From positions 1,920,001-1,984,000 of the forward strand of contig OY760686.1 of the NCBI GenBank assembly GCA_963663865.1: 64,000 nucleotides of DNA, in the 5' to 3' direction. Position numbers and translations under genes: made by a program. Numbering within the stretch: position 1 is the first letter of the stretch; every line of letters starts with the position of its first letter. The notes under the pieces were generated by a model. That model was not told where the DNA came from. It ran no database searches and worked only from the letters and a program-made list of their open reading frames with translations. Below are positions 10,417-20,521 of the stretch, piece after piece. Source of the DNA: Spirochaetota bacterium (GTDB lineage Bacteria; Spirochaetota; UBA4802; UBA5550).

Positions 10417-10979
10417 TAATTCTTTACCCTCTCAACATAGTCACCTGTTTCGGTGTTTACTTTGATGTAGTCACCCTCGTTGATAAACAGGGGAACCCTT
10501 ACCTCAGCGCCCGTCTCTACTTTTACCGGCTTAAGGACATTTGTTGCCGTATCTCCCTTAACCCCCGGTTCAGCGTATGTGACCTTGAGTGTAACCGAGG
10601 AAGGTAATTCAATAGATATTGGTTCTTCTTCGTATATGGTAATATTTACAACATCTTCTTCCTTTATGAAGTCAAGTGCATTCCCTACCGCATTTACACT
10701 AATTGTTATCTGGTCATAGGTTTCTGTATCCATAAATGTCAGCGAATCAGACTCTTTGTAAAGATACTGCATTTCCCGTTTTTCAAGACGTACATCCTCG
10801 AATTTCTCGCCTGACCTGAATGTTCTGTCAACTACAGTTCCTCTTTTTACGTTTCTAAGCTTTGTTCTGACAAATGCCCCGCCCTTGCCCGGCTTTACAT
10901 GGAGGAACTCTACAACCTGAAAGAGCTCTCCGTCAAGCTTGAAAGTCACTCCTTTCTTGATGTCACTGGTGGAAATCAT
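10416..10979 (-). CDS. efp: Elongation factor P
   Basis: HVKPGKGGAFVR, PGVKGDT, VPLFINEGD. Confidence 0.99.
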   Translation of the reverse strand: MISTSDIKKGVTFKLDGELFQVVEFLHVKPGKGGAFVRTKLRNVKRGTVVDRTFRSGEKFEDVRLEKREMQYLYKESDSLTFMDTETYDQITISVNAVGNALDFIKEEDVVNITIYEEEPISIELPSSVTLKVTYAEPGVKGDTATNVLKPVKVETGAEVRVPLFINEGDYIKVNTETGDYVERVKN

Positions 10980-10988
10980 TTAATACCT

Positions 10989-12068
10989 CTAAATTATTGT
11001 CATTTTTTTTGGCGATCTGGTAAGCACCTCACAGCCGTTTTCAGCTACAAGGACCATGTCTTCTATCCGGACTCCCCCCTTTCCAGGGATATAGATGCCC
11101 GGTTCGACGGTAATTGTCATGTTCTTAGTAAGCACGCTTCCACTGTTAGTGCGGATAGTCGGAAGCTCGTGAATGTCTAACCCTACCCCATGCCCCAGAG
11201 AATGGCCGAAAAAATCTCCGTACCCATGCGCGGAAATGACATTCCTTGCCGCTGTATCAAGCTCCGCGGCTGTAATGCCCTCTGCAAGACTATCTATTGC
11301 CGTTTGTTGGGCTTCTCTGACAATGGCGTATATTTTCGCCAACAGAGGGTCAACTCTACCGACAAATACCGTTCTTGTCAAGTCTGAATTATAGCCTTTG
11401 TAACAGCATCCCATGTCAATCAGTACGGGTTCACCGTGCTTTATCTTTTTATTCATTGAGGTCTGGTAGTGAGGCATTGATGAGCCTTTGCCTGATGCGG
11501 CTATCGTCTCGAACGATGTACTTCGGCATCCATTTGTCCGATAAAAATGTTCAACTTCGACAGAAATATCCCACTCGGAAATGCCCTCCCGGATTATACC
11601 AAGAAGGTGCTTAAAACAGCGGTCAGTTATTGAAGCGGCTTTTTTCAGGAGCTTTATCTCTTCCTCATCCTTTACCATTCTGAGCCGCTCAATAACACTT
11701 TCCGAAGCATGTACCCTGCACCCTTTCAGGTTGGCCTGGAGCATAAGAAACAGGTCAAGACTGAGTCCATGGTTTTCAACATAAAGCTTTTTTGACTTAA
11801 TTTTGTTGATAAGACCGTGCAGAGTTTCAGGCATACTGCCTTTTTGGAGAACAAATTCAACGCTGGAAGGCAGTATTGACATTGCGTATTCTGAGTATCT
11901 CGCGTCCGAAATAAAATATGACTGTGTCCCGCACAGGAGTAATGAGGCAGAAGAGCCTTCGAAGCCTGTGAGATAGCGGATATTGGTTAAATCAGTTATC
12001 AGAAACGGAAAACTGATTTCCGCTTCAATCTCATAGATTGCGGTTGAAAGTCTTTCTATATGGTTCAT
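10989..12068 (-). CDS. Xaa-Pro aminopeptidase (M24B)
   Basis: YLTGF, LRMVKD, PH, DMG, SDLTRT, HSLGHGVGLDIHE, EPGIY, GVRIED; GGGAG RBS before ATG 12068. Confidence 0.93.
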   Translation of the reverse strand: MNHIERLSTAIYEIEAEISFPFLITDLTNIRYLTGFEGSSASLLLCGTQSYFISDARYSEYAMSILPSSVEFVLQKGSMPETLHGLINKIKSKKLYVENHGLSLDLFLMLQANLKGCRVHASESVIERLRMVKDEEEIKLLKKAASITDRCFKHLLGIIREGISEWDISVEVEHFYRTNGCRSTSFETIAASGKGSSMPHYQTSMNKKIKHGEPVLIDMGCCYKGYNSDLTRTVFVGRVDPLLAKIYAIVREAQQTAIDSLAEGITAAELDTAARNVISAHGYGDFFGHSLGHGVGLDIHELPTIRTNSGSVLTKNMTITVEPGIYIPGKGGVRIEDMVLVAENGCEVLTRSPKKMTII

Positions 12069-12137
12069 TGATAACTCCCCTTGTGTAATTGAATCAGTGC
12101 AGGATTGAATGCCGGCAGTATTCAGAAAAAAACACAA

Positions 12138-12494
12138 CTAAACAGCTCCAGGTTTTGTCCTGAAAATAAAGAAAACTGCTCCTGCAAGACAAAGCCCTGC
12201 CCAGAGATAGTCGAGAGTTAGCTTCTCCTTCATGTAAAAAACAGAAAAAGGAACGAAGACTGTAAGAGTGATTACCTCTTGAAGTATTTTCAGCTGCCCC
12301 AGACTCATTACGCTGTGCCCTATTCGGTTTGCCGGCACCTGAAGCATGTATTCAAAAAAGGCAATTGACCAGCTGACTACAGCGGCAACAAGCCATGGAT
12401 ATCCTGATAACTTTTTCAAATGGCCGTACCAGGCGAATGTCATAAAAACATTGCTGAATAGTAAAAGAAAAAGGGTAATATAGAATCTGTTCAT
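12138..12494 (-). CDS. DMT-family membrane protein (DUF486)
   Basis: SNVFMTFAWYGHL, IAFFEY-LQVPANRIG, QLKILQEVITL. Confidence 0.92.
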   Translation of the reverse strand: MNRFYITLFLLLFSNVFMTFAWYGHLKKLSGYPWLVAAVVSWSIAFFEYMLQVPANRIGHSVMSLGQLKILQEVITLTVFVPFSVFYMKEKLTLDYLWAGLCLAGAVFFIFRTKPGAV

Positions 12495-12817
12495 GCGGGA
12501 AATGGCCTCTATTAAATCGTCCGTGTATCAATTTTATTGGCTGGCATGTCAATTGTTTTTCTGGTCTTTTGATCATGTTCATTAGCACATGCAGATGATT
12601 GTCCGGATACTATTAACATCTCAATTTGTTATTGAAAAATATGCCCCTTCAGCGATAGTGTACCAGCTAAAGGGTTTTTGAATAATAGAGTTAAATTTAG
12701 ATTTCGCAGGGCCCTATCCTGCAGCTAATAAAAAGGCAAACAGAAATATAGAGTCACTTTATCTGTTGATGGCCTGCTTTTCGATACCTCATAAAATGTT
12801 TAAATGGAGCATGACAA

Positions 12818-14125
12818 ATGATTGATAGATATTCAAGAAAAGAGATGGCGGATATATGGTCTCTCGAGAACAAATTCAGGCTCTGGCTTGATATTGAAAT
12901 TGCAGTATGTGAGTCATATAACAGAAGAGGCATGATTCCAGACAGCGATCTGAAAGAAATAAAGGAAAAAGCGGATTTTGACCTCGACCGGATTCTTGAA
13001 ATTGAAAATGAAGTGCATCATGATGTAATCGCATTTCTTACAGCCGTAAACGAAAAAGTCGGTCCGGCAGGAAGACACATTCACTATGGTTTAACATCAA
13101 GCGATATCGGCGACACGGCCCTCTGTCTTCAGATGAAACAGGCAGGCAATATTCTGCTTTCCGGTGTTGATGAGCTCATCTCAGCTTTAAGGGACAGGGC
13201 CATAGAGCTGAAGAACGTTCCATGCATGGGCAGATCACACGGAGTTCACGCTGAACCAACTACTTTTGGCGTTAAGATGGCGCTGTACTTCGAAGAATTC
13301 AAACGTAACCGTGAAAGGATAGCCCGTGCGGTAGACAACATATCGTTCGGGAAGCTCTCCGGCGCGGTTGGAACCTTCAGCAATATCGACCCTGACATTG
13401 AAGCGGAGGTGTGCGAGCTGCTTGGTCTAAAGCCGGATCCGGTTTCGACGCAGGTAATACAGCGAGACCGGCACGCGGAGTTTATGGCTGCAATTGCCAT
13501 TACGGCCGGTTCGCTTGATCAGCTTGCGACCGAAATCAGACATTTGCAGCGAACCGAGGTAAGGGAGATTGAAGAACCCTTTCAGAAGGGACAAAAGGGC
13601 TCCTCAGCTATGCCTCACAAGCGCAATCCTATACTTTCAGAGAGGGTAACCGGACTCGGAAGAGTAATTAAGTCAAACATGAATGTTGCTCTTGAGAACA
13701 TGACCCTCTGGCACGAACGCGATATTTCTCACTCTTCAGCGGAAAGGGTCATTCTTCCGGATTCTACGATCGCACTTGACTATCTGCTTAACAAGATGGT
13801 TTTCATAATCAGAAATCTGCATATCTATCCTGAAAACATGATGGAGAATATTAATAAAACCGGAGGGCTTTTTTATTCACAGAGCCTTCTTCTTGCCATC
13901 ATTGAATGCGGTTATTCGCGTGAGGATGCTTACAAAACGGTTCAGGACATGGCAATGAGGGTCTGGAAACGCGAAGGAACTTTGCAGGAGCTTACTCTTC
14001 AAAACAATGAGATTGCTTCCAGGCTGGGGAAAGAAAAAATTGAATACATTTTTAATCTCGACAGATATTTAAAAAACATCGATAAGATATATAAAAAAAC
14101 CGGGCTTGACAAGAAAGCTAAATGA
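12818..14125 (+). CDS. purB: Adenylosuccinate lyase
   Basis: MIDRY, HDVIAF, GRSHGVHAEP, GSSAMPHKRNP, HERDISHSS. Confidence 0.98.
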   Translation: MIDRYSRKEMADIWSLENKFRLWLDIEIAVCESYNRRGMIPDSDLKEIKEKADFDLDRILEIENEVHHDVIAFLTAVNEKVGPAGRHIHYGLTSSDIGDTALCLQMKQAGNILLSGVDELISALRDRAIELKNVPCMGRSHGVHAEPTTFGVKMALYFEEFKRNRERIARAVDNISFGKLSGAVGTFSNIDPDIEAEVCELLGLKPDPVSTQVIQRDRHAEFMAAIAITAGSLDQLATEIRHLQRTEVREIEEPFQKGQKGSSAMPHKRNPILSERVTGLGRVIKSNMNVALENMTLWHERDISHSSAERVILPDSTIALDYLLNKMVFIIRNLHIYPENMMENINKTGGLFYSQSLLLAIIECGYSREDAYKTVQDMAMRVWKREGTLQELTLQNNEIASRLGKEKIEYIFNLDRYLKNIDKIYKKTGLDKKAK

Positions 14126-14162
14126 TCATGCCCAGCGGCAATTGATTTATTATGAGGACGAA

Positions 14163-15464
14163 TTGAGTAAAACCTTTTATATAGAAACATTTGGATGTCA
14201 GATGAACCTGAACGATTCTGAGGTTATGAAGGAGTCAATGCTTTCTGAGGGCTATGTTGAGGCTTCCAGCCCTGATTTAGCAGACATTAGAATCTACAAC
14301 ACCTGCTCGGTAAGGCAGAGGGCTGAAGACAGAGTCATTGCCAGAATCAAGACGGCTTCCCCCGAAATATCTGTCAGAAATTCTACCGTCGTTGTAGCCG
14401 GATGTATGGCACAGCGCAACGGAGAGGCCCTGATAAATGAAGGAATAGCCCATGTGGTTCTGGGCCCCTACCAGAGCGCCCATGTCGGGCAGATTCTCAA
14501 GGCTTCACGAACTGGAGCATGGTTATCGCAGGATCGTGAAGATTACTTCGGACAACCTGGGCCAGGTCCGGCAAATTCAAGTTATAACAGCTTTGTGACT
14601 ATAACACATGGATGCGGTAATTTTTGCTCATACTGTATTGTTCCATATGTCAGGGGGCCGCTAATTTCTTTCGATTCTTCAGAGATTATCAAGTATATTG
14701 AAAATCTGTCAAAAAATGGTGTTATCGAAGTTACACTGCTCGGGCAAAACGTGAATCAATTCGGCCAGGATTCAGGAGATATCCCTTTTTATTCGCTACT
14801 TGAAAAAACCGCATCAATAACTGGATTGAAGAGAATTCACTTTTTGACTTCGCACCCCAGGGATTTCAACTTAGATATTGTCAGGGTAATTCGCGACAAT
14901 CCAAATATCTCAAGGTGTATTCACCTGCCCCTTCAAAGCGGTTCTGACAGAATACTTGCCGATATGAACAGGGGTTACAGATTGAGTGATTACATGAGGA
15001 TTATTGATCATCTCAGAAACGAGTTATCGGATTTTTCTGTTTCAACAGATCTAATTGTCGGGTATCCCGGTGAAACTGAAGATGATTTTAAAATGACATT
15101 GCGTGCTGTCAGAGAGATCGGATACGACGACGCCTTCATGTACGCATACTCCCCGCGCGAAGGAACGGCCGCAGCGGAAAGAAAGGACTGCCTATCACGT
15201 CAGGAGAAGATTACAAGACTTAAAGAACTTATTTCACTTCAGAGGTCTCTTTCAACTAAGAAGCTTGAAGCTCGTATAGGACGTATCGAAGCGGTTATTC
15301 CTGAAAAAAGCAGCAAAAGATCAGTCAGCGATCTTATCGGAAGAACATCGCTTAATCATCCGGTAATTCTGAAAGGAAATGAGAGCGATATCGGCAGGCC
15401 GGTTCAGGTTGAAATAAGTCATATTATCGGGTCTACCCTGTATGGCAAAAAAAACGAGAGCTAG
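14163..15464 (+). CDS. miaB: tRNA methylthiotransferase MiaB
   Basis: TFGCQMN, NTCSVR, GCMAQ, CGNFCSYC radical-SAM motif, GQNVN, C-terminal TRAM; TTG start with GAGG RBS. Confidence 0.93.
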   Translation: MSKTFYIETFGCQMNLNDSEVMKESMLSEGYVEASSPDLADIRIYNTCSVRQRAEDRVIARIKTASPEISVRNSTVVVAGCMAQRNGEALINEGIAHVVLGPYQSAHVGQILKASRTGAWLSQDREDYFGQPGPGPANSSYNSFVTITHGCGNFCSYCIVPYVRGPLISFDSSEIIKYIENLSKNGVIEVTLLGQNVNQFGQDSGDIPFYSLLEKTASITGLKRIHFLTSHPRDFNLDIVRVIRDNPNISRCIHLPLQSGSDRILADMNRGYRLSDYMRIIDHLRNELSDFSVSTDLIVGYPGETEDDFKMTLRAVREIGYDDAFMYAYSPREGTAAAERKDCLSRQEKITRLKELISLQRSLSTKKLEARIGRIEAVIPEKSSKRSVSDLIGRTSLNHPVILKGNESDIGRPVQVEISHIIGSTLYGKKNES

Positions 15465-16578
15465 AAATACAATATTTTGCATTATTCTCCTCTCAGCAGC
15501 CGCACTTCAGGCTGGAGAAGATGCTGAGCTGTACAGGTCAATATCTGAAAGCAGCGCCGCTAACAGGCGGTCTGAAGTCATGTCAAGGTGCAGCATCTTC
15601 CTCAAAAAGTATTCGCGAAGCCCGCTCACACCAGAGGTATTGTACCTCTACGCAGGCCTTCAGAACACGCCGGAAGATTCCCTCAGGGAGTATAGAAAGA
15701 TACTCCTTCGCTACGGAGGTCACGGCAAGGCAGAACTCGCCGCCTTTAGAATATGCGAAATACTTGAAATCTCAGCAAAGTGGAAAGAACTGAGAGATGA
15801 ATCACTCCACTATGCGAGGAAGTTTAAAGCAGGAGCATACGAATACAGATTCAGGTTTTTTGCGATTAAAGCTGCCATATATACCGGTGATTATGAATCA
15901 GCCGGAAGGGAGTCTCAGGCGATTATTGACAAATCTGTTTCACCAAATATCAGAAACAGAGCGCTTCTATACTCATCAGCAGCAATTCTCAAGGAGACCG
16001 GTTATTCCAGACCCTACGTTATGCGGCTCTCAGAATTGCTCAAAGAATCCCAGGGTACTGAATATCATCCTGCATCGCTTTTCCTGTTGGGTGAATACTA
16101 CGATAAGACGCGTGACCCGGACAGAGCATATTCAGCCTACACGAAGTGCATGGAGCTTTATCCCGATTCACCGGAATCAGCAATCTGTAAGACCAGAGCT
16201 TCTGAGTTAAAAGGCAAAGGAGCTTCTTTGAAACCGTTTATGCCCGACAGCTCCGTCTTCGGGAGTGCTGATGTAATTGATATCAGTCCTGTCATTGAAC
16301 AGGAAAAAACCACAAAAGAGAGTACTTACTTTGCCCTGTCCATCGGACCTTTTCAGGACATCGCAAGAGCCAAGGGAATAAAAAAGATACTTGCCGGATT
16401 TTCATCGACTGTAACAATCCGCACAAACTCGGGTTTTTTCCACTACACCGGGAAATACAGCACTCCGGAGACCGCTCTCAGGGCACGAATCAGGCTGGCC
16501 GAGGAATACGGAATCAACGGAAACATCGTGCGAATCTCGCCTGACAACAAGTATATTTACATTTACGGTGACGAATAA
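15442..16578 (+). CDS. Exported TPR protein with a C-terminal SPOR-like domain
   Basis: Signal peptide, TPR-like helices (SLFLLGEYY...YPDSPE), C-terminal IGPF...A and YTGKY pattern. Confidence 0.65.
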   Translation: MAKKTRARNTIFCIILLSAAALQAGEDAELYRSISESSAANRRSEVMSRCSIFLKKYSRSPLTPEVLYLYAGLQNTPEDSLREYRKILLRYGGHGKAELAAFRICEILEISAKWKELRDESLHYARKFKAGAYEYRFRFFAIKAAIYTGDYESAGRESQAIIDKSVSPNIRNRALLYSSAAILKETGYSRPYVMRLSELLKESQGTEYHPASLFLLGEYYDKTRDPDRAYSAYTKCMELYPDSPESAICKTRASELKGKGASLKPFMPDSSVFGSADVIDISPVIEQEKTTKESTYFALSIGPFQDIARAKGIKKILAGFSSTVTIRTNSGFFHYTGKYSTPETALRARIRLAEEYGINGNIVRISPDNKYIYIYGDE

Positions 16579-19154
16579 TGGAAGCTACACTTACTCCAAT
16601 GATAAAGCAGTATCTCGATATAAAGAAGAGACATAAAGACGACATACTTTTCTTCAGAATGGGAGATTTTTACGAGATGTTCTTCGAGGACGCGGAAGTT
16701 GCCTCTGCCGCCCTTGATATTGCGCTTACCTCGAGACAGAACAGCGTTCCAATGTGCGGTGTCCCCTATCACGCAGCGGAGAGCTATATCGCCAGGCTGA
16801 TTAAAGCCGGGTTCAGGGTCGCTATATGCGAACAGACTGAGTCTCAGCCATCAAGCGGCAGTATCGTAAAGCGCGAGGTCGTGCGTATAATAACTCCCGG
16901 AACGGTGCTTGAATCAAACCTGCTTCAGTCGGACGACAACAACTTTCTAGCCTCGGCAGTATTCAGCGGAGGAAATGCAGCCATGGCCTTCGTAGATATA
17001 TCTACGGGAGACTTTTACTTAACGGAGATTAAGTCTGAACAGGACGTTCTGCGCGGTGAGATCGCAAGGTTCAATCCGCGTGAAATAGTTTTAAAGAAGG
17101 ATTGTGCCGATATCCCCCCCTTTTTTAAAGAGTATATAAAACAGAAGGGCATTTCCGTTTATCAGGTTAATTCATGGACCTACGATCACGACTACATGGC
17201 AGACATTGTAACCGGCGTTTACGGAACCTGCGGAGTTAAGGGGCTGGGACTCAATACGGAAAACCTTCTTCTCGCATGCGGATCCATACTGTATTATATT
17301 CAAGAGACGCAGAGGCAGATGATAAGCCACCTGTCAAATCCTCAGATATCCTCTGCATCAGACAAGATGGTTCTTGACGACGCGACGATAATCAACCTTG
17401 AGCTTGTTGAAAACCAGCAGGATTATTCCAGGAACCGGACATTGTTTTCAGTTCTCAACCTCACAAAAACCGCCATGGGAAAGAGAATGCTTGAACGCAG
17501 CATCCTTGAACCGCTGCTCTCAAAAGACGAAATAGAGGAGAGGCTTAATTCGGTAGAATACTTAATGGCCAATTCCGACTTTATAAATGAGATAAGGGAT
17601 ATTCTTGCACGTATTGCTGACGTTGAAAGGCTTGTTTCAAGACTCAGCCTCATTAAAACAAACCCGAGAAACTTTATCGCGATAAACAATTCGCTAAAAG
17701 CGATAGCCGATGTGGACAGGCTAATACGCTCTCAGGGCGAATCTGCTTTGTCTGCTGTTATGGCTCCTATAACGGATTTAGGCCCACTGTGTTCGAGAAT
17801 CAATTCGGCAATTACTGATGAGCCTGCTGTTTCACCTGAAAACGGACGTGTCATTCGAGAGGGATTCCTTGAGGAACTCGACCGGCTATATTCAATTAAA
17901 CAAAACGGAAAACAGTGGATTATAGAATACCAGGAAGAAGAACGGAGACGCCTTCAAATAAGTACTCTCAAGATCAAGTATAACAGGGTTCTTGGTTACT
18001 ATATTGAGGTCAGTAAGGGGCAGACACAAAATGTTCCCTCAGAGTATCAAAGAAAACAGACACTTGTGTCCGCGGAGAGATATACCACCGAAAAGCTCAA
18101 GGAATTTGAGACGGACATTCTCAGCGCTGACGAGAAGATTGTCGGTATTGAAAAAAATGAAATTGAGAAGCTCAGAAACGATGTTCTTGAAAGGCAGAAG
18201 GATATCCAGCGCAATGCCAGATGGGCCGGGCGCGTTGATTTTCTGCAGTCCCTGGCATCGTCCGCTCTGCAAAACAGATTTGTCAGGCCTGTAATTGATG
18301 AGAACGGGACAATGGATATTCGTGACGGCCGTCATCCTGTGGTAGAAAAATACTACACAAAGGAACCCTTTGTACCGAACGACATTAACTTTGACTCTAA
18401 TGATAACATTATCAGGATAATTACCGGGCCTAACATGTCAGGTAAGTCTACCTATATCAGGATGTGCGCGATTATTCAGCTCATGGCTCAGACAGGCTCA
18501 TACGTTCCCGCTACTTCCGCGAGAATACCCGTTGTTGATAGAATATTCACCCGTATTGGTGCTTCAGACAATATATCGAGGGGCGAATCAACATTTCTTG
18601 TCGAGATGAATGAAACAGCGGCTATTCTCAACAACGCGACGAACAAGAGCCTTATCATTATGGATGAAGTCGGAAGAGGCACGAGCACATATGACGGATT
18701 GTCCATTGCCTGGGCTGTCGTAGAATACATCCTGAGGTATCTTAAGGCAAAGACAATGTTCGCGACCCATTATCATGAACTCGTTAAACTTGGATCAAAA
18801 AAGGGAATTGTAAATTACAATGTAATGGTAAATGAGAGAATCGACGGGGTTGATTTTTTACACAGAGTAATCCCGGGGTCGGCGGATAAGTCATACGGAA
18901 TACATGTCGCAAAGTTAGCGGGCATTCCCAGGCAGATCGTATCAAGGGCTAACGAGATACAGGAAAGGCTTGAGAATGGAGCAAAAACCTTTAATAACAG
19001 CACAGATGACAGCAATTCCCCTTCGGAACAGCTTCAAATATTCAACGCCGCAAATCATGTTGTGATTCAGGCTGTCAGGTCAATTGACACCGACAAGATA
19101 ACTCCTCTTGACGCACTGAACGAGCTTAACAGGCTTAAAAAACTAATTGACTAA
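16578..19154 (+). CDS. mutS: DNA mismatch repair protein MutS
   Basis: TPMIKQY, FRMGDFYE, GPNMSGKST, STFLVEM, DEVGRGT, SYGIHVA. Confidence 0.99.
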   Translation: MEATLTPMIKQYLDIKKRHKDDILFFRMGDFYEMFFEDAEVASAALDIALTSRQNSVPMCGVPYHAAESYIARLIKAGFRVAICEQTESQPSSGSIVKREVVRIITPGTVLESNLLQSDDNNFLASAVFSGGNAAMAFVDISTGDFYLTEIKSEQDVLRGEIARFNPREIVLKKDCADIPPFFKEYIKQKGISVYQVNSWTYDHDYMADIVTGVYGTCGVKGLGLNTENLLLACGSILYYIQETQRQMISHLSNPQISSASDKMVLDDATIINLELVENQQDYSRNRTLFSVLNLTKTAMGKRMLERSILEPLLSKDEIEERLNSVEYLMANSDFINEIRDILARIADVERLVSRLSLIKTNPRNFIAINNSLKAIADVDRLIRSQGESALSAVMAPITDLGPLCSRINSAITDEPAVSPENGRVIREGFLEELDRLYSIKQNGKQWIIEYQEEERRRLQISTLKIKYNRVLGYYIEVSKGQTQNVPSEYQRKQTLVSAERYTTEKLKEFETDILSADEKIVGIEKNEIEKLRNDVLERQKDIQRNARWAGRVDFLQSLASSALQNRFVRPVIDENGTMDIRDGRHPVVEKYYTKEPFVPNDINFDSNDNIIRIITGPNMSGKSTYIRMCAIIQLMAQTGSYVPATSARIPVVDRIFTRIGASDNISRGESTFLVEMNETAAILNNATNKSLIIMDEVGRGTSTYDGLSIAWAVVEYILRYLKAKTMFATHYHELVKLGSKKGIVNYNVMVNERIDGVDFLHRVIPGSADKSYGIHVAKLAGIPRQIVSRANEIQERLENGAKTFNNSTDDSNSPSEQLQIFNAANHVVIQAVRSIDTDKITPLDALNELNRLKKLID

Positions 19155-19294
19155 TAAAACAGCGAACCTTAGTAATAAACTGTTCATGCTTTTTTCATGC
19201 AGGGTGATTCAGGGTCCTTAAAAATGTTCGATACCCGATGTAAATTTGCCGAATGAATTAAGGTACTGTATTCTTAAGCTATAACAGAGGGAAA

Positions 19295-20521
19295 ATGGCT
19301 GCCACTCAATTTACGATTGAAAACTACCCTGCAAATTCCTTCATTATTGTCGAAGGGAAAAAAAACTCCAACAACTTCTACATCATCAGGGCCGGACGAG
19401 TTAAGGTTTCCAAGGAGATCCAGGTTGTTGCTGAGGAGCCCTATTCTGTTCTTGGACCGGGTGATTTTTTCGGAGTTATTTCCTGTATGAGCGGTCATTC
19501 CAGAATTGAGACCGCTATCGCACTTGAAAACGTGTCGCTCATCTCGGTTGACAGGGAGCTTTTCGGACTTCTCATTCAGAAAAACCCTGCCGTTGCAATG
19601 AAGATTATCCGTTTCTTCAGCCGCAAGCTCAGAGATTTCGACCATGCCATTGCAAGCCTGACTTTCAAAGACTCTGTCAGCGAAGATCCCTCGCGTCTTT
19701 TCCAGATAGGCGAATACTATATGAAACAGAGAAGCTTCAAACACGCTGTTTATGCGTACCAGCGCTATCTGCAGTACTGCCCTTCCGGTGACAATGTCGA
19801 TGCCGCCATGAAACGGCTGCAGACGCTCAAAGCCCCTTACAAAGCAGCTGAAAGTTCAGACAACGCCCAGATGAACCGCGTCTACACAGACAACACCGTA
19901 ATATTCAGTGAATATGAGCCAGGATTTGAGCTTTTTATTATTCAGTCAGGGCGCGTTAAGATTACGAAAATTGTAAATGAGGAAGTGCTGCTTGCCGTTT
20001 TAAAACCCGGTGATATTTTCGGGGAAATGGCCATCCTTGACAATAAACCGAGAAGCGCGTCAGCCATTACTTTCGGCGATGTTAAATTGCTTGCAATCAA
20101 TAAGTCCAACTTTGAAAACATGGTACAGGAACAGCCTCAGCTGGCAACAAGGCTCATTCAGCTTCTCAGCGAAAGAATCTGGACAGCATACAGACAGCTC
20201 GAAAACCTGATGATTAAAGATGATATCGGCCGGGTCTATGACACCCTTCTGACACAGGTTGAAAAGCAGAAGATTAAAACTGATTCAAAAATGCAGCATA
20301 ATTTTGAATTCGGCGCAAGAGAGCTGATAAAGATGGTCGGACTTCCGCCGGAAAAGGGGGATATCCTCATGGTTCAGCTACTTGAGGATAAACATATAAA
20401 GCTTGAAGCCGGAAAACTAATATGTACGGATCTGCTTGAACTTGAAAAAACCGTTCATTTTTTCAAAAAGCAGGCCGCTCTGGAAAGAAAACGTGAAGCC
20501 GCGAAAAATAAAAGTTTTTAA
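19295..20521 (+). CDS. Tandem cNMP-binding (Crp-like) protein with a central TPR
   Basis: Two cNMP domains (GDFFG...SR and GDIFGE...PRSASA) separated by LFQIGEYY...YQRYLQYCP. Confidence 0.85.
   Translation: MAATQFTIENYPANSFIIVEGKKNSNNFYIIRAGRVKVSKEIQVVAEEPYSVLGPGDFFGVISCMSGHSRIETAIALENVSLISVDRELFGLLIQKNPAVAMKIIRFFSRKLRDFDHAIASLTFKDSVSEDPSRLFQIGEYYMKQRSFKHAVYAYQRYLQYCPSGDNVDAAMKRLQTLKAPYKAAESSDNAQMNRVYTDNTVIFSEYEPGFELFIIQSGRVKITKIVNEEVLLAVLKPGDIFGEMAILDNKPRSASAITFGDVKLLAINKSNFENMVQEQPQLATRLIQLLSERIWTAYRQLENLMIKDDIGRVYDTLLTQVEKQKIKTDSKMQHNFEFGARELIKMVGLPPEKGDILMVQLLEDKHIKLEAGKLICTDLLELEKTVHFFKKQAALERKREAAKNKSF

Noticed and set aside
12700-12800. Riboswitch upstream of purB (GGCAAAC, weak stems)
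   Set aside because: It lacks the conserved cores of purine, ZTP, PRPP or c-di-GMP riboswitches that I could recognise.
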